The position numbers were made by a program, and so were the translations under genes. DNA of 64,000 bases from Microgenomates group bacterium (lineage in GTDB: Bacteria; Patescibacteriota; Microgenomatia; UBA10105; UBA927): positions 703,041 through 767,040 of the forward strand of contig JBAQFJ010000001.1 of the NCBI GenBank assembly GCA_049287205.1, read 5' to 3'. The notes under the pieces were generated by a model. It was not told the DNA's origin, searched no databases, and saw nothing but the letters and a program-made list of their open reading frames with translations. How positions within the stretch are numbered: the stretch's first letter is position 1; each line of letters begins with the position of its first letter. Positions 9,951 through 19,852 of the stretch are shown here, one piece after another.

Positions 9951-10955
9951 ATGAAACCAATTTCATTTCGTACATCACTCTCTGCGCTTATTCTGTATTA
10001 CAACGGATCTAAAGATGATGATGAAGATACAAAAATGTGTGCAAAAGGAATTGCAGAAGCATTACGAAAACGAGGACATGTTGTCAAAAAAATTGCAGTA
10101 ACGGAAAAAAATTGGCGACGTGCCGTGCAACTTCCGGGAGATGTTGTGTTTAATCTTGTTGAGGATGACACATGGGAATTATACAAAAAAGTCGGACACC
10201 GGTTGGAACACTTAGGAAAAGCACAGGTCGGCCATGACATGAAAAGTTTTCACTATGCAATTAGTAAAGCTTGGGTCAAAAGAAAAATGACGCATGAACA
10301 TATCAGTACTCCGACATATAAAATATATAATAGAAGATCTGCTCTTACATCAGGAGGGCTATCTTACCCCCTCATTGTAAAACCATCCAATCAACACGCT
10401 GGCATTGGTATTTCCCAAGGTTCAGTTGTTAATAACCTTACAGAATTAAAAAACCGCGTTCAATACGTTTTGGATAATTTTCCCGGAGAAGTAGTAGTTG
10501 AAAGATTTATTAAGGGTCGAGAAATTCACGTAACAGTATTAGGAAATGATGAAAGCGTTTCAGCGCTTCCCTACTGTGAAATCGGTTTTGGGAAAAAATC
10601 GGAGAAGAAATGGAAGATTTATAGCTATGAGGCAAAATGGGATAAGAAATCATGGGAATATTGGAATGCCCGTATAGACTCACCAGCAAAAATATCAGAA
10701 CATCTTCACGACAAAATCCAAGAAATCGCACTCAAAGCATATGCCGCGTTTGATTGTCGAGACATCGCACGTTTTGATTTCCGGATCGATACAAAAGGAA
10801 TTCCCTATATTGTTGATGTGAACATGAACCCAAGTCTAAATTATTATGACAGTGAAGATGCAACACTTGCATCCGTCTACACACTGAAATGGACATATGA
10901 TCAATTTATTGAAACTATTGCAAGTATTGCGTACCGCAGAGTTCTTGGATCTTGA
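9951..10955 (+). CDS. ddl: ATP-grasp enzyme of the D-alanine--D-alanine ligase family
   Basis: 'LIVKPSNQHAGIGIS', 'EIHVTVLG', 'FDFRIDTKGIPYIVDVNMNPSL'; N-terminal 'ILYYNGS...KGIAEAL' matches the Ddl N-domain pattern. Confidence 0.65.
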   Translation: MKPISFRTSLSALILYYNGSKDDDEDTKMCAKGIAEALRKRGHVVKKIAVTEKNWRRAVQLPGDVVFNLVEDDTWELYKKVGHRLEHLGKAQVGHDMKSFHYAISKAWVKRKMTHEHISTPTYKIYNRRSALTSGGLSYPLIVKPSNQHAGIGISQGSVVNNLTELKNRVQYVLDNFPGEVVVERFIKGREIHVTVLGNDESVSALPYCEIGFGKKSEKKWKIYSYEAKWDKKSWEYWNARIDSPAKISEHLHDKIQEIALKAYAAFDCRDIARFDFRIDTKGIPYIVDVNMNPSLNYYDSEDATLASVYTLKWTYDQFIETIASIAYRRVLGS

Positions 10956-10958
10956 TGA

Positions 10959-11306
10959 TTACTTCGTGACAAGTCGTTGAAGAAGAAAAATACCAATTCC
11001 TATACAAGTGACGGAAATAAGTGCTTGAACACTCAACAGTTCTTTTATTGATGTTTTTGTTGCTAACCCTGTTGCAAAATATCCAAACACTGCAGTACCT
11101 GCCGCCCATAGCGGAACAAATAACCGCAAGGTTTGTCCCCGATCCTGTATTTTAAATATAAAAAACCAAACGAAAAAAGCTGAAATAATCGCGTACACCA
11201 ATAGCATCGGATTTTTTTTGTGACTATCAAGATATTGCTGATAGAAAATATATGCGAGGAAATCGCCTAAAAAAGATACGACAAAATAAAATATGGTGAG
11301 CACCAT
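10959..11306 (-). CDS. Small four-helix membrane protein (EamA/DMT-like half-transporter?)
   Basis: 115 aa with four hydrophobic segments; no recognised motif. Confidence 0.45.
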   Translation of the reverse strand: MVLTIFYFVVSFLGDFLAYIFYQQYLDSHKKNPMLLVYAIISAFFVWFFIFKIQDRGQTLRLFVPLWAAGTAVFGYFATGLATKTSIKELLSVQALISVTCIGIGIFLLQRLVTK

Positions 11307-11316
11307 ACACTATATA

Positions 11317-11775
11317 TTACCGCTTCGGGCTTTGTTTGCGTGCACGAGCTTTTCCTGCAAATCCTGCCTTCCGTCTCTCTTTTGCGCGAGGGTCACGTTT
11401 CATGAATCCGCGCTTCTTGAGGATTGGTCGGAATTTTTCTTTATCAACTTTTTCCAGTGCCCGAGATAATCCGTGAATCACCGCACCGAGCTGGCTATAC
11501 AATCCACCACCATTGGTATGAATAGTGATTGCAAACCGATTCATGGTGTTTGTGGTTCTAAATGGTTCCATGTACATTTTCTTTAAGACTTCTCCTGGGA
11601 AATAATTTTCGATATCCCGATCATTCACTGTCATCTGTCCTTTTTCCATTTCTTTCCCTGCAATCGTCACTTTTTCATCTTTTACGACATGCATACGAAT
11701 GCGAGCGGTTGACGTCTTCCTGCGACCAACTGCTTCGTAATAAGAAATTTGTTCTGGTTTTATTGTTTTTTCCAT
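11317..11775 (-). CDS. rpsI: 30S ribosomal protein S9
   Basis: 'YYEAVGRRKTSTARIRM', C-terminal 'RKAGFAGKARARKQSPKR'. Confidence 0.9.
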   Translation of the reverse strand: MEKTIKPEQISYYEAVGRRKTSTARIRMHVVKDEKVTIAGKEMEKGQMTVNDRDIENYFPGEVLKKMYMEPFRTTNTMNRFAITIHTNGGGLYSQLGAVIHGLSRALEKVDKEKFRPILKKRGFMKRDPRAKERRKAGFAGKARARKQSPKR

Positions 11776-11778
11776 ACT

Positions 11779-12204
11779 TTAGCCCGTGATGTTTTTTTGA
11801 TACGTATGTTTTTCATCTGCAAACAAAAATAAACGGGTAATGACACGATCCCGAAGTTTATTCTTCGGCAACATTCCCCATACCGCATGTCGAATAATTT
11901 CTGTTGGCTTTTCTTTTCTAAGTTGCCACAAAGCTTTTTCTTTGAGTCCTCCAGGATATCCTGAGAAATTTCCATACATCTTTTTCTTTTCTTTTTTTCC
12001 TGATACTTCAACGAGTTTACAATTGATAACTACGACGGAATCGCCACAATCTAAACTTGGTGTATAGTTTGGCTTATTTTTTCCTAATAGTTTGACTGCA
12101 ATTTCTGTTGCAACATGTCCCAACACTTTTCCCTTCACATCGACAAGGTGCCAAGTTCGTGTCAGTTCTTTTTTCTTTGTGGCTTGGGTAAATTGTGTTC
12201 TCAT
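11779..12204 (-). CDS. rplM: 50S ribosomal protein L13
   Basis: 'TWHLVDVKGKVLGHVATEIA'; start trimmed to the ATG at 12204 to avoid overlap with rplQ. Confidence 0.9.
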   Translation of the reverse strand: MRTQFTQATKKKELTRTWHLVDVKGKVLGHVATEIAVKLLGKNKPNYTPSLDCGDSVVVINCKLVEVSGKKEKKKMYGNFSGYPGGLKEKALWQLRKEKPTEIIRHAVWGMLPKNKLRDRVITRLFLFADEKHTYQKNITG

Positions 12205-12208
12205 AGTC

Positions 12209-12691
12209 TTATTTTTTAACAATTTTTTTCTCAATCTTTTTCTTGCCCGCCGTAGCCTTTGGTGAAGGCTGGGTCACTTCTGTTTTTTTTGCTGTAACTT
12301 GTTTCACTTCCGGCTTGATAACTTCAGTAACAATTTTAGCGTCAACGAATGAAATTTGTACAAGTTCCCGTGCATCGCTTCCAGACATGCCGTATCGCAA
12401 AATCCGAATGTATCCGCTGTTTCTTCCGGCAAATCGTGTTTTTGCGTCTTCCATCAACTGTTTTGTGGCATCTGCATGCGCAAGCTCAGCTAACACCAAA
12501 CGGTACGCATGTTGATCCGCCTTTTTGGCCCTCGTAATAAGTTTTTCAACTTTTGCACGTACTGCAATTGCTTTTGCTTTTGTCGTTTTTAAACTTCCAT
12601 GCTTAATAAGATCGCATGCTAAGTTTCGCAAAAGTTGTTTGCGCTGATCAGTCGTTCGAGATAGCTTTTTTCCAAAATATGAATGACGCAT
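12209..12691 (-). CDS. rplQ: 50S ribosomal protein L17
   Basis: 'MRHSYFGKKLSRTTDQRKQLLRNLA..L..HG.L.TT..KAK'. Confidence 0.9.
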   Translation of the reverse strand: MRHSYFGKKLSRTTDQRKQLLRNLACDLIKHGSLKTTKAKAIAVRAKVEKLITRAKKADQHAYRLVLAELAHADATKQLMEDAKTRFAGRNSGYIRILRYGMSGSDARELVQISFVDAKIVTEVIKPEVKQVTAKKTEVTQPSPKATAGKKKIEKKIVKK

Positions 12692-12697
12692 ACCTTT

Positions 12698-13618
12698 TTA
12701 AACCGTTAATGTAACACCTTTTTCTTTTAATTTGTCTGCAATGATTGACAATGATTTAGCACCAAGATTTTTAATCTTCATGAGTTCCGCATTTGGTGCG
12801 CTCAATAATTGTCCGATTGTTTCAATGCCGCCATTGGATAATGCGTTCACAATCCGAGTTGGAATATCCAATTCTTCAATACGCATCTTCACGACTTCAT
12901 CAGACACTGATGGTGCAATCACTTTTGTTTCTTCCGTTCCCACTACTTTTGGCTCGTATACTTGTGAAAAATAAGAGGCCAAAATTTTTGCGGAATTTTT
13001 GAGTGCTTCAATAGGTGATTTTGTTCCATCTGTCCAGATATCCATCACTAATTTATCCAAGTTTGTCATGCGTCCGACACGAGTTGCTTCGACGCGATAA
13101 TTCACACGAACAATCGGTGAATACAATGCATCAAGCGGAATAACACCGATTTCATCTAGGTGCTGTTCATCTGCTGTCACGTATCCAAATCCTTTTTGTG
13201 CAGTCAGTTCCATGGTAAGTTCTGTTTTCTTGTCAGCTAATGTTCCAAGAATAAGCTCCGGATTGACGATGGTCATGCCTGCGGCAACTTCAATGTCCCC
13301 TGCTGTGACCACTCCCGGACCTTTTTTGGATAATGTCATTTTTCCTGCTTCATCTCCCTCGATGGTAAGACGGATTTTTTTAACGTTCAGCAAGAATTCA
13401 ACAATATCTTCCTTCAGTCCCGGCATGGTTGCATACTGATGCTTCACACCTTCGATTTTGACAGATGTCACTGCACATCCGGAAAGAGATGTTAAGAGCA
13501 CCCGGCGTAAACTGTTCCCGAGTGTTTGTCCATACCCTTGTGCTAACGGTTCAATAGCGAACCGTCCGTACGCTTTTTCTTCAACTTCTGTTTTAATCGA
13601 AAAATTTGGATCTGACAT
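12698..13618 (-). CDS. rpoA: DNA-directed RNA polymerase subunit alpha
   Basis: 'GQTLGNSLRRVLLTSL.G.AVTSVKIEGV.H'; start trimmed to 'MSDPNF' at 13618. Confidence 0.9.
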   Translation of the reverse strand: MSDPNFSIKTEVEEKAYGRFAIEPLAQGYGQTLGNSLRRVLLTSLSGCAVTSVKIEGVKHQYATMPGLKEDIVEFLLNVKKIRLTIEGDEAGKMTLSKKGPGVVTAGDIEVAAGMTIVNPELILGTLADKKTELTMELTAQKGFGYVTADEQHLDEIGVIPLDALYSPIVRVNYRVEATRVGRMTNLDKLVMDIWTDGTKSPIEALKNSAKILASYFSQVYEPKVVGTEETKVIAPSVSDEVVKMRIEELDIPTRIVNALSNGGIETIGQLLSAPNAELMKIKNLGAKSLSIIADKLKEKGVTLTV

Positions 13619-13631
13619 AATGCGCTCTCCT

Positions 13632-14252
13632 TTAGCGTGAATAAAACTCAACAATTAATTGTTCTTGAATGTCTTCTTGAACTTCTGACCGTTCTGGAAG
13701 TTTCACGACTTTTCCAGCCGGTCCTTTTCTCTCAACCCATGGAGCCATAATTGGGCTTTTTTCATCGATAAGCTTTTTGATGGAAGGAATTTCCATTCCT
13801 TTTGTGTCGAGTGTAATCACATCATCCACGTTGACTCTATATGATGGAATATCTAATCTTTTTCCGTTCACGAGTACATGCCCGTGACTCACACATTGTC
13901 TTGCTGCGGCTCGGGTTGGCGCCATATTCATTCTGACAATGGTGTTATCCAAACGTCGTTCCAGATATTCAATCAATTTATCTCCGGTATTCCCTTTCCA
14001 TTTTTTTGCTTCCGCAAATACTTTTCTGAATTGTTTTTCCATAACTCCGTAGAATCGTTTCACTTTTTGCTTTTCACGAAGTTGAATTCCGTACCCTGTC
14101 ACTTTTTTTCTTCCTTTGACGCCATGTTGACCAGGAATAATGGTGAGTCGTTTCAGCATGGATGCATGTGCATGAGATCCAACTGTTTTCAGCCCAAGAT
14201 CCATACCTTCACGGCGTGCTAATCTATTCTTTGGTCCTGTATATCGTGCCAT
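13632..14252 (-). CDS. rpsD: 30S ribosomal protein S4
   Basis: 'MARYTGPKNRLARREG'. Confidence 0.9.
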   Translation of the reverse strand: MARYTGPKNRLARREGMDLGLKTVGSHAHASMLKRLTIIPGQHGVKGRKKVTGYGIQLREKQKVKRFYGVMEKQFRKVFAEAKKWKGNTGDKLIEYLERRLDNTIVRMNMAPTRAAARQCVSHGHVLVNGKRLDIPSYRVNVDDVITLDTKGMEIPSIKKLIDEKSPIMAPWVERKGPAGKVVKLPERSEVQEDIQEQLIVEFYSR

Positions 14253-14254
14253 AA

Positions 14255-14626
14255 TTAAACTCTCCTCTTTTTCTTCGGACGAACCCCGTTATGTGGGATT
14301 GGTGTAACATCGGCAATAAGTGTAATGTTGAGTCCTACTGCGCGAAGTGCCCGAAGTGATGCGTCACGGCCTGCGCCTGGGCCTTTAATGAATACTTCCA
14401 CATCCCGCATACCGTTTTCAAGCGCTTTCCTTCCAATTGATTCCATTGCACTTGTTGCTGCAAACGGGGTTGCTTTTCTTGCACCTTTAAATCCGACCAA
14501 GCCGGATGAACTCCAATACATTGCATTGCCCCCCATATCGGTAATTGTCACAAGCGTATTGTTAAATGTTGCTGTGATAAATACTTTTCCGTGTTCAACT
14601 ATTTTTTTTACTTGCGTTTTTGCCAT
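14255..14626 (-). CDS. rpsK: 30S ribosomal protein S11
   Basis: '[32 protein letters not shown]'. Confidence 0.9.
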   Translation of the reverse strand: MAKTQVKKIVEHGKVFITATFNNTLVTITDMGGNAMYWSSSGLVGFKGARKATPFAATSAMESIGRKALENGMRDVEVFIKGPGAGRDASLRALRAVGLNITLIADVTPIPHNGVRPKKKRRV

Positions 14627-14635
14627 AATGATTCC

Positions 14636-15052
14636 TTATTTCTTCGGTGCTTCTTTTGCCGGTGTTTCTACTTTTGCCCGGTCATCTTTTTTGAGCGCTC
14701 CAACTGTCAATCTTCGACCTCTCTGTGTACGACCATTAGAACGTGTGCGTTGCCCGCGTGACGGCAATTTTCTCATATGCCGAACACCTCTATATGAATT
14801 AATTTCCCGAAGTCTTTTGATATTTGAAGCGATAAGTTGCCGAAGGTTTCCTTCTACTGTGCATGTTTTTTCAATAACCTTGGCTAAATGGCTGATTTCT
14901 TCATCTGTTAAGGTATTTACCCGTCGTGAAGCATCAATGTTTGCAGATGTAAGAACTGCTGAAACATTCGTTCTTCCGATACCGTAAATATAGGTAAGCG
15001 CTATGTCTAGTCGTTTGTCGTTTGGTATATCAACTCCAGAAATACGTGCCAT
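14636..15052 (-). CDS. rpsM: 30S ribosomal protein S13
   Basis: 'MARISGVDIPNDKR..IALTYIYGIG'; start trimmed to 15052. Confidence 0.9.
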   Translation of the reverse strand: MARISGVDIPNDKRLDIALTYIYGIGRTNVSAVLTSANIDASRRVNTLTDEEISHLAKVIEKTCTVEGNLRQLIASNIKRLREINSYRGVRHMRKLPSRGQRTRSNGRTQRGRRLTVGALKKDDRAKVETPAKEAPKK

Positions 15053-15056
15053 AGTT

Positions 15057-15170
15057 TTATCCTTGTCGTTGTTTGTGTTTTGGATTTTCACAAATCACAA
15101 ACACTCGTCCGCGTCGGCGGACGATTTTACATTTATCACACATCACTTTTACGCTTGCTCTGACTTTCAT
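15057..15170 (-). CDS. rpmJ: 50S ribosomal protein L36 (zinc-binding form)
   Basis: Not in the ORF track. Manual translation gives [37 protein letters not shown] (37 aa, C-x2-C-x12-C-x4-H), in the canonical infA-rpmJ-rpsM position. Confidence 0.85.
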   Translation of the reverse strand: MKVRASVKVMCDKCKIVRRRGRVFVICENPKHKQRQG

Positions 15171-15175
15171 ATATT

Positions 15176-15394
15176 TTATCGTACTCGATATGTTATTCTA
15201 CCTTTTGTTTGATCGTATGGTGTCATTTCAATTCTTACTTTATCCCCCGGCATAATGCGAATATAGTTTAAACGCATTTTTCCAGACAAATGACAAAGAA
15301 CAATAACACTATTTGGTAACTTGACCCGAAACAACGTATTCGGCAAACATTCAAGCACTTCTCCCTCAACTTCTATATTTCCTTGATGTGCCAT
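15176..15394 (-). CDS. infA: Translation initiation factor IF-1
   Basis: 72 aa S1-like OB fold, '[17 protein letters not shown]...VL.H.SGKMR'. Confidence 0.9.
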   Translation of the reverse strand: MAHQGNIEVEGEVLECLPNTLFRVKLPNSVIVLCHLSGKMRLNYIRIMPGDKVRIEMTPYDQTKGRITYRVR

Positions 15395-15402
15395 AAATAC
15401 GC

Positions 15403-15457
15403 AAAAAAAATAACTACCGCTTCAACACTGGGAATTCCCAACTGTTGTATTAAGCGG
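15403..15457 (-). terminator. Imperfect 41-nt hairpin (15417-15457) plus U8 tract (15403-15410) in the map-infA spacer; terminator or attenuator
   Basis: Minus strand 'ccgcttaatacaacagttggg-aattc-ccagtgttgaagcgg', then 6 nt, then 'tttttttt', ending 8 nt before the infA ATG. Confidence 0.4.
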
Positions 15458-15470
15458 GTGTTAGTGCTTT

Positions 15471-15499
15471 ATTTTACCTCAATTTTCCGGTTTGGTCAA
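15471..15499 (-). promoter_or_regulatory. Sigma70-like promoter inside the 3' end of map, placed to drive infA-rpmJ-rpsM
   Basis: Minus strand 'TTGACC'-N17-'TAAAAT'. Confidence 0.35.
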
Positions 15500-16249
15500 C
15501 ACGGTGCTTTCTGGGTCACTAATTACAATCGTATGTTCGAATGTTGCGGTGAGTGATTGGTCGCGGGAGGCTAGAGCCCAGCCGTCGTCACCCATGTATT
15601 CAATCGTACCTTTTCCTTCGGCATAGATCACCTCAATGGCAATAGTCATTCCAGAGGTAAGGAGCGGGGTTCGAGAAATATCCCCCCTGACATATTCAGG
15701 AATCATCGGTTCTTCGTGTAGCTTTCTTCCTACCCCATGTCCGGTCAAATCCTTAATGACGCTATACCCTGCGCCTTCGATCTCATGCTGGATCACCTCA
15801 GAAATATTGCCGATCCGATTCCCCGGTTTTGCAACCGCGATCGCTTTCCACAATGTATCAGCTCCAACAGCTAAAAAACGCTTTTTACTTTCCGTCTTAT
15901 CTTTCTCATCGCCGACAATAATGCTCCATGCAGTATCTGTATGGAGTCCCTCATAGATCATGCCAATATCAATGGTAAACACATCTCCATGTTGAAGACG
16001 GTATTCTGAAGGAATACCATGAACAACGACATCGTTAACACAAAGACAGGTTGCCCACTGATAATCACCAACTGTAGAGAATGAAGGTTCTCCACCTTCT
16101 TCTTTAATTCGTTTTTGTGCATGCGCTTCCAGATCGAGAAGTTTTGTTCCAGGCTTTGACATAGCCAGTAATTCTTGTAAGATTCGGCCGATCTTATCGC
16201 CGCCGACCCGCATTATTTGTAGTTCTTCAGGAGTTTTTACGGAAGTCAT
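15479..16249 (-). CDS. map: Methionine aminopeptidase, type I
   Basis: 256 aa, pita-bread fold motifs 'HG', 'D..G', 'TIAIEVIYAEG', 'FEHT'. Confidence 0.9.
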   Translation of the reverse strand: MTSVKTPEELQIMRVGGDKIGRILQELLAMSKPGTKLLDLEAHAQKRIKEEGGEPSFSTVGDYQWATCLCVNDVVVHGIPSEYRLQHGDVFTIDIGMIYEGLHTDTAWSIIVGDEKDKTESKKRFLAVGADTLWKAIAVAKPGNRIGNISEVIQHEIEGAGYSVIKDLTGHGVGRKLHEEPMIPEYVRGDISRTPLLTSGMTIAIEVIYAEGKGTIEYMGDDGWALASRDQSLTATFEHTIVISDPESTVLTKPEN

Positions 16250-16929
16250 ATAAGTTTCCTTTTCGTAAGCTCTTGAATAATTGCATCCACAACTTCTTCC
16301 TGTGACAATGTTGTTGAATCAAGCTCCCAAGAATCTGGAAGTTTCTGTAATGGATCTGTTACCCGTTCTATATCTTGTGCATCACGGATTTTTGTTTCTT
16401 CAATAACTTCTTCCATGGGCACATCTATTCCTTTTTGTTTCCATTGATCAAACCGTCTTTGTGCACGTTCTTCAAGAGACGCAGTCAAAAATACTTTTAA
16501 CGGAGCATTCGGCAACACGCGAAGGCCGATATCTCGTCCTTCCATTACCACCGGATGGTCATCTGCCAGCTTTTGCTGCCGTTGTACCATCTCTTTCCTC
16601 ACACTTGGAAAAACCCCTACATCAGATGCGCCCGCTGCAACATCTGGCTCCATAATGCGGTCTGTGACATCTTTGCCGTTTAACATTGCAATAAATGTTT
16701 CTTTCCTTCCTTTTTCCGGACGAACTAATTCAATATGACTTTTGTTTAACATTGAAAACACAGCCTGTTCTTCTCTCATCGACGCACTTTCTTCGATACA
16801 GGCAAGCGCAAGCATACGATACATAGCACCAGTATAGATGTAGAGAAGATGTAATCGTTTAGCGAGACGCGCTGCAATATCGCCTTTTCCCGCTGCAACT
16901 GGTCCATCAATAGCAATTTGTAACGCCAT
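16246..16929 (-). CDS. cmk: Cytidylate kinase
   Basis: 'IAIDGPVAAGKGDIAARLAKRL', 227 aa. Confidence 0.85.
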   Translation of the reverse strand: MALQIAIDGPVAAGKGDIAARLAKRLHLLYIYTGAMYRMLALACIEESASMREEQAVFSMLNKSHIELVRPEKGRKETFIAMLNGKDVTDRIMEPDVAAGASDVGVFPSVRKEMVQRQQKLADDHPVVMEGRDIGLRVLPNAPLKVFLTASLEERAQRRFDQWKQKGIDVPMEEVIEETKIRDAQDIERVTDPLQKLPDSWELDSTTLSQEEVVDAIIQELTKRKLI

Positions 16930-16931
16930 AC

Positions 16932-17537
16932 TTATTTACACCCCGCATTTTTTTTACACGCTTCCACAGCATCCATGATATCTTTATGCACCTCATCAAT
17001 ATTTTTATTTGCATCAATATGCACAAGTGTTGTGCCGGACTTTGTATAATAATCCAATACTTCCTTTTCGCCTTCTTTATATATCGCAAGTCTGCTTTTA
17101 ATCCGTTCCGGCGAATCATGGAGTTCCGTGCTGCCCGGATACATTGGCCTGCCGCGTTTTATCAACCGGTCGTATGACACATCTTCCGAAAGATCCAAAA
17201 AAATGACAAGTTCAACTTTATATCCGTATTTATCAATTTTGTCATCCAAAAATTTCACCTGATCCACATTTCGCGGATACCCATCCATAATCCAAGCACC
17301 CTTTGCATCATCCTCTTTCAGTCTCCATTTCCACAATACTTCCATTTCACTGTTTGCTACATACTTTCCTTCTTCCAGTGCCTGTTTACATACTGCTCCA
17401 ATAATCCCTTTGTCGCTTTGTGCGGCATCCCGTACTAAATCACCGCTCGTAAGAATCGGAATCTGTAATTCATCTGCCAAAAGTTTTGCTTGTGTACCTT
17501 TACCAGAACCTTCCGGGCCAAAAAAAACTATATGCAT
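16932..17537 (-). CDS. adk: Adenylate kinase
   Basis: 'MHIVFFGPEGSGKGTQAKLLA', 'GYPRNVDQ'; start trimmed to 17537. Confidence 0.85.
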   Translation of the reverse strand: MHIVFFGPEGSGKGTQAKLLADELQIPILTSGDLVRDAAQSDKGIIGAVCKQALEEGKYVANSEMEVLWKWRLKEDDAKGAWIMDGYPRNVDQVKFLDDKIDKYGYKVELVIFLDLSEDVSYDRLIKRGRPMYPGSTELHDSPERIKSRLAIYKEGEKEVLDYYTKSGTTLVHIDANKNIDEVHKDIMDAVEACKKNAGCK

Positions 17538-17619
17538 GGCAATTAGACTTGCTATCCACTTCATAAATACATTGAGTACTTCTTTGTATTTCTCTCGTGA
17601 ACGCAAGAATCCTAAAAAA

Positions 17620-18909
17620 TTAATCCTTTAAAAAGCCGTCATAATTACGCATGACGAGTTGCGCCTCCAGTGTCTTGACCGTTTCAAGAACGACCGAAAC
17701 AACGATGAGTACGCTTGTTCCTCCAATGAGTAATGTTGTCATTCCCGTTATGCCTCTGGCAAGAGACGGCAAAATAGCAATGAGACCTAAGAAAATTGCG
17801 CCGGCCAGCGTAATACGTGTCAATATATAATTGAGATAATTCGCTGTTGGTACCCCAGGTCGAATACCAGGAATGAATCCGCCGTATTTTTGAATTTCTT
17901 CAGAGATTTTCTTCGGATTGAATGTGATTGCTGTATAGAAATAGGTAAAACCGATAACAAGAATAAAATAGAAAATATTATAGAATGCGCCGTTTGGATC
18001 AAACAAATTCGATAACCCTTTTCCAAACGAAGCAAGCCCCGGATTTGGAAGCTGCCCCAAAAATCCCCCAAGAAGTGACGGCAAGAGCACCATAGAAACG
18101 GCGAATATTATTGGAATAACGCCTGCCTGATTAACCCTGAGAGGCAAAAATGATGACCCACCTCCATAGATCTTGTTTCCCCTGACACGCCTTGCATATT
18201 GAACAGACACCTTTCTCACTGCCTCATTTACAATCACGGTGGCTGCGATAACGACAAATCCGAGGAATGCGACAAACACTAAATTCATCACTGATTCTGC
18301 TGTCGCCGCTGTGAATGCTTGCCCAAATACAACGGGCATTCGTCCCACTATTCCTGCAAATATAAGAAGTGAAATCCCGTTTCCAATGCCATATTCAGTA
18401 ATAAGCTCACCCAGCCACATCACAAACATCGTTCCTGCTGTCATGGTAAGCACGATAGTAAGAAGCGTCAACGGATTGATATTGGAAATAATACTTTGAT
18501 TACGAAGAAGCGCAACCATACCGATTGCCTGCACGACAGCCAGTGGAACAGTTAAAAACCGTGTATATTGATTAATTTGTTGTCTGCCAGATTCTCCTTC
18601 TTTCGCAAGTTCTTCCAGTTTTGGAAATACGATCTGCAAAAGCTGCAAAATAATAGATGCGTTAATGTAGGGATTAATTCCTAAGGCAAGAATAGAAAAA
18701 TTGACGAGCGTTCCTCCGGAAAATACATCAAGCAGCGCTAAAAATTGATTTTGAGAAAATAAAACAGCAAGTTTTGTAGTGTCGACTCCCGGAATTGGAA
18801 TATGTGCAAATAATCTGAATATGACGAAGAGGCCGGCGGTAAGCAATATTTTCCTTCGAAGCGCAGGCGTTTTCCAACTGGATATCAGTGGTGCAAGTAA
18901 CGTATTCAT
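17620..18909 (-). CDS. secY: Preprotein translocase subunit SecY
   Basis: 429 aa, 10 TM helices; SecY N-terminal pattern. Confidence 0.95.
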   Translation of the reverse strand: MNTLLAPLISSWKTPALRRKILLTAGLFVIFRLFAHIPIPGVDTTKLAVLFSQNQFLALLDVFSGGTLVNFSILALGINPYINASIILQLLQIVFPKLEELAKEGESGRQQINQYTRFLTVPLAVVQAIGMVALLRNQSIISNINPLTLLTIVLTMTAGTMFVMWLGELITEYGIGNGISLLIFAGIVGRMPVVFGQAFTAATAESVMNLVFVAFLGFVVIAATVIVNEAVRKVSVQYARRVRGNKIYGGGSSFLPLRVNQAGVIPIIFAVSMVLLPSLLGGFLGQLPNPGLASFGKGLSNLFDPNGAFYNIFYFILVIGFTYFYTAITFNPKKISEEIQKYGGFIPGIRPGVPTANYLNYILTRITLAGAIFLGLIAILPSLARGITGMTTLLIGGTSVLIVVSVVLETVKTLEAQLVMRNYDGFLKD

Positions 18910-18944
18910 GCAGGTACACTCTACGATACTACGAACAACCGGTA

Positions 18945-19376
18945 TTATTCAACAATGACTTTTCCACCAGCTGCTGTAATACACTTTGAACTTCCTTTGG
19001 AACAGGGAAGGTGCACAACATATGCAGATTCCAATTTCATTGTTCCCAACACTTTAATTCGTTTTGCGTATGAGCGAATCAATCCTTTTTTTACCAATAC
19101 TTCTTTTGTGATCTCTCCTGCCGGAAGTTTAGCAATGCGTGCAAGTTGCACTTCATGTGTCTCATCTTTTTGTGAATGATTTCGGAGTTTCCCGCGAAGA
19201 AGTGGAAGTCGTTTTGTCAGAGACAACTGTCCGCCCTCAAATCCGATAGGCATATGATCACGTGCATTCTGTCCTTTTGTTCCGCGACCTGCTGTTTTCA
19301 CTTTTCCGGATCCATGTCCGCGACCGATGCGTTTTTTTGGTCTTCGTACAATTGATGGTAATGGTGTTAATTTCAT
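18945..19376 (-). CDS. rplO: 50S ribosomal protein L15
   Basis: '[22 protein letters not shown]'. Confidence 0.9.
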   Translation of the reverse strand: MKLTPLPSIVRRPKKRIGRGHGSGKVKTAGRGTKGQNARDHMPIGFEGGQLSLTKRLPLLRGKLRNHSQKDETHEVQLARIAKLPAGEITKEVLVKKGLIRSYAKRIKVLGTMKLESAYVVHLPCSKGSSKCITAAGGKVIVE

Positions 19377-19387
19377 ACGGGTGTTCC

Positions 19388-19852
19388 TTACTTTCGAATA
19401 TGAACAACTTTTAATTTTTTAAGCGCTTCCATAGTTGCATACACATTTGATGCCTGATTCTTGCTTCCAAGAATTTTTGACACCACATCTTTGACTCCGG
19501 CTGCTTCCATAACGGACCTGACTGCTCCCCCTGCGATAACTCCTGTTCCCGGTGGCGCCGGTTTGATCAGAATCATAGCAGCACCGCGTTTCACCCGAAC
19601 TTCATGAGGAATAGTCTTATTATGCATTGGCACAACAATCATGTGTTTCTTTGCATACACAACTGCTTTCTTAACTGCAGATGATACATCAGGAGCTCCT
19701 CCGAGACCGACTCCGACTTTTCCTTTTTTATCTCCGACAACAATCAAAACGGAGAATCCGATTTTGTTTCCGCCTTTTGTTTTTTTGGAAACACGGTTTA
19801 CCTGTACAACTTTTTCTTCAAATTCTGATGGTATACGATGTTGATCGATCAT
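19388..19852 (-). CDS. rpsE: 30S ribosomal protein S5
   Basis: 'VVQVNRVSKKTKGGNKIGFSVLIVVGDKKGKVGVGLG'. Confidence 0.9.
   Translation of the reverse strand: MIDQHRIPSEFEEKVVQVNRVSKKTKGGNKIGFSVLIVVGDKKGKVGVGLGGAPDVSSAVKKAVVYAKKHMIVVPMHNKTIPHEVRVKRGAAMILIKPAPPGTGVIAGGAVRSVMEAAGVKDVVSKILGSKNQASNVYATMEALKKLKVVHIRK

Noticed and set aside
14325-14987. Long antisense ORFs inside ribosomal and RNAP genes (e.g. 14325-14987, 29394-30044, 33624-34367, 42320-42982, 50190-50759)
   Set aside because: They overlap strongly conserved genes on the opposite strand. They have low-complexity Ser/Cys/Phe-rich translations typical of antisense frames, and no RBS.
19377-19387. Possible missed rpmD (L30) gene
   Set aside because: Only 11 nt lie between rpsE and rplO, and no small ORF is present in any frame.
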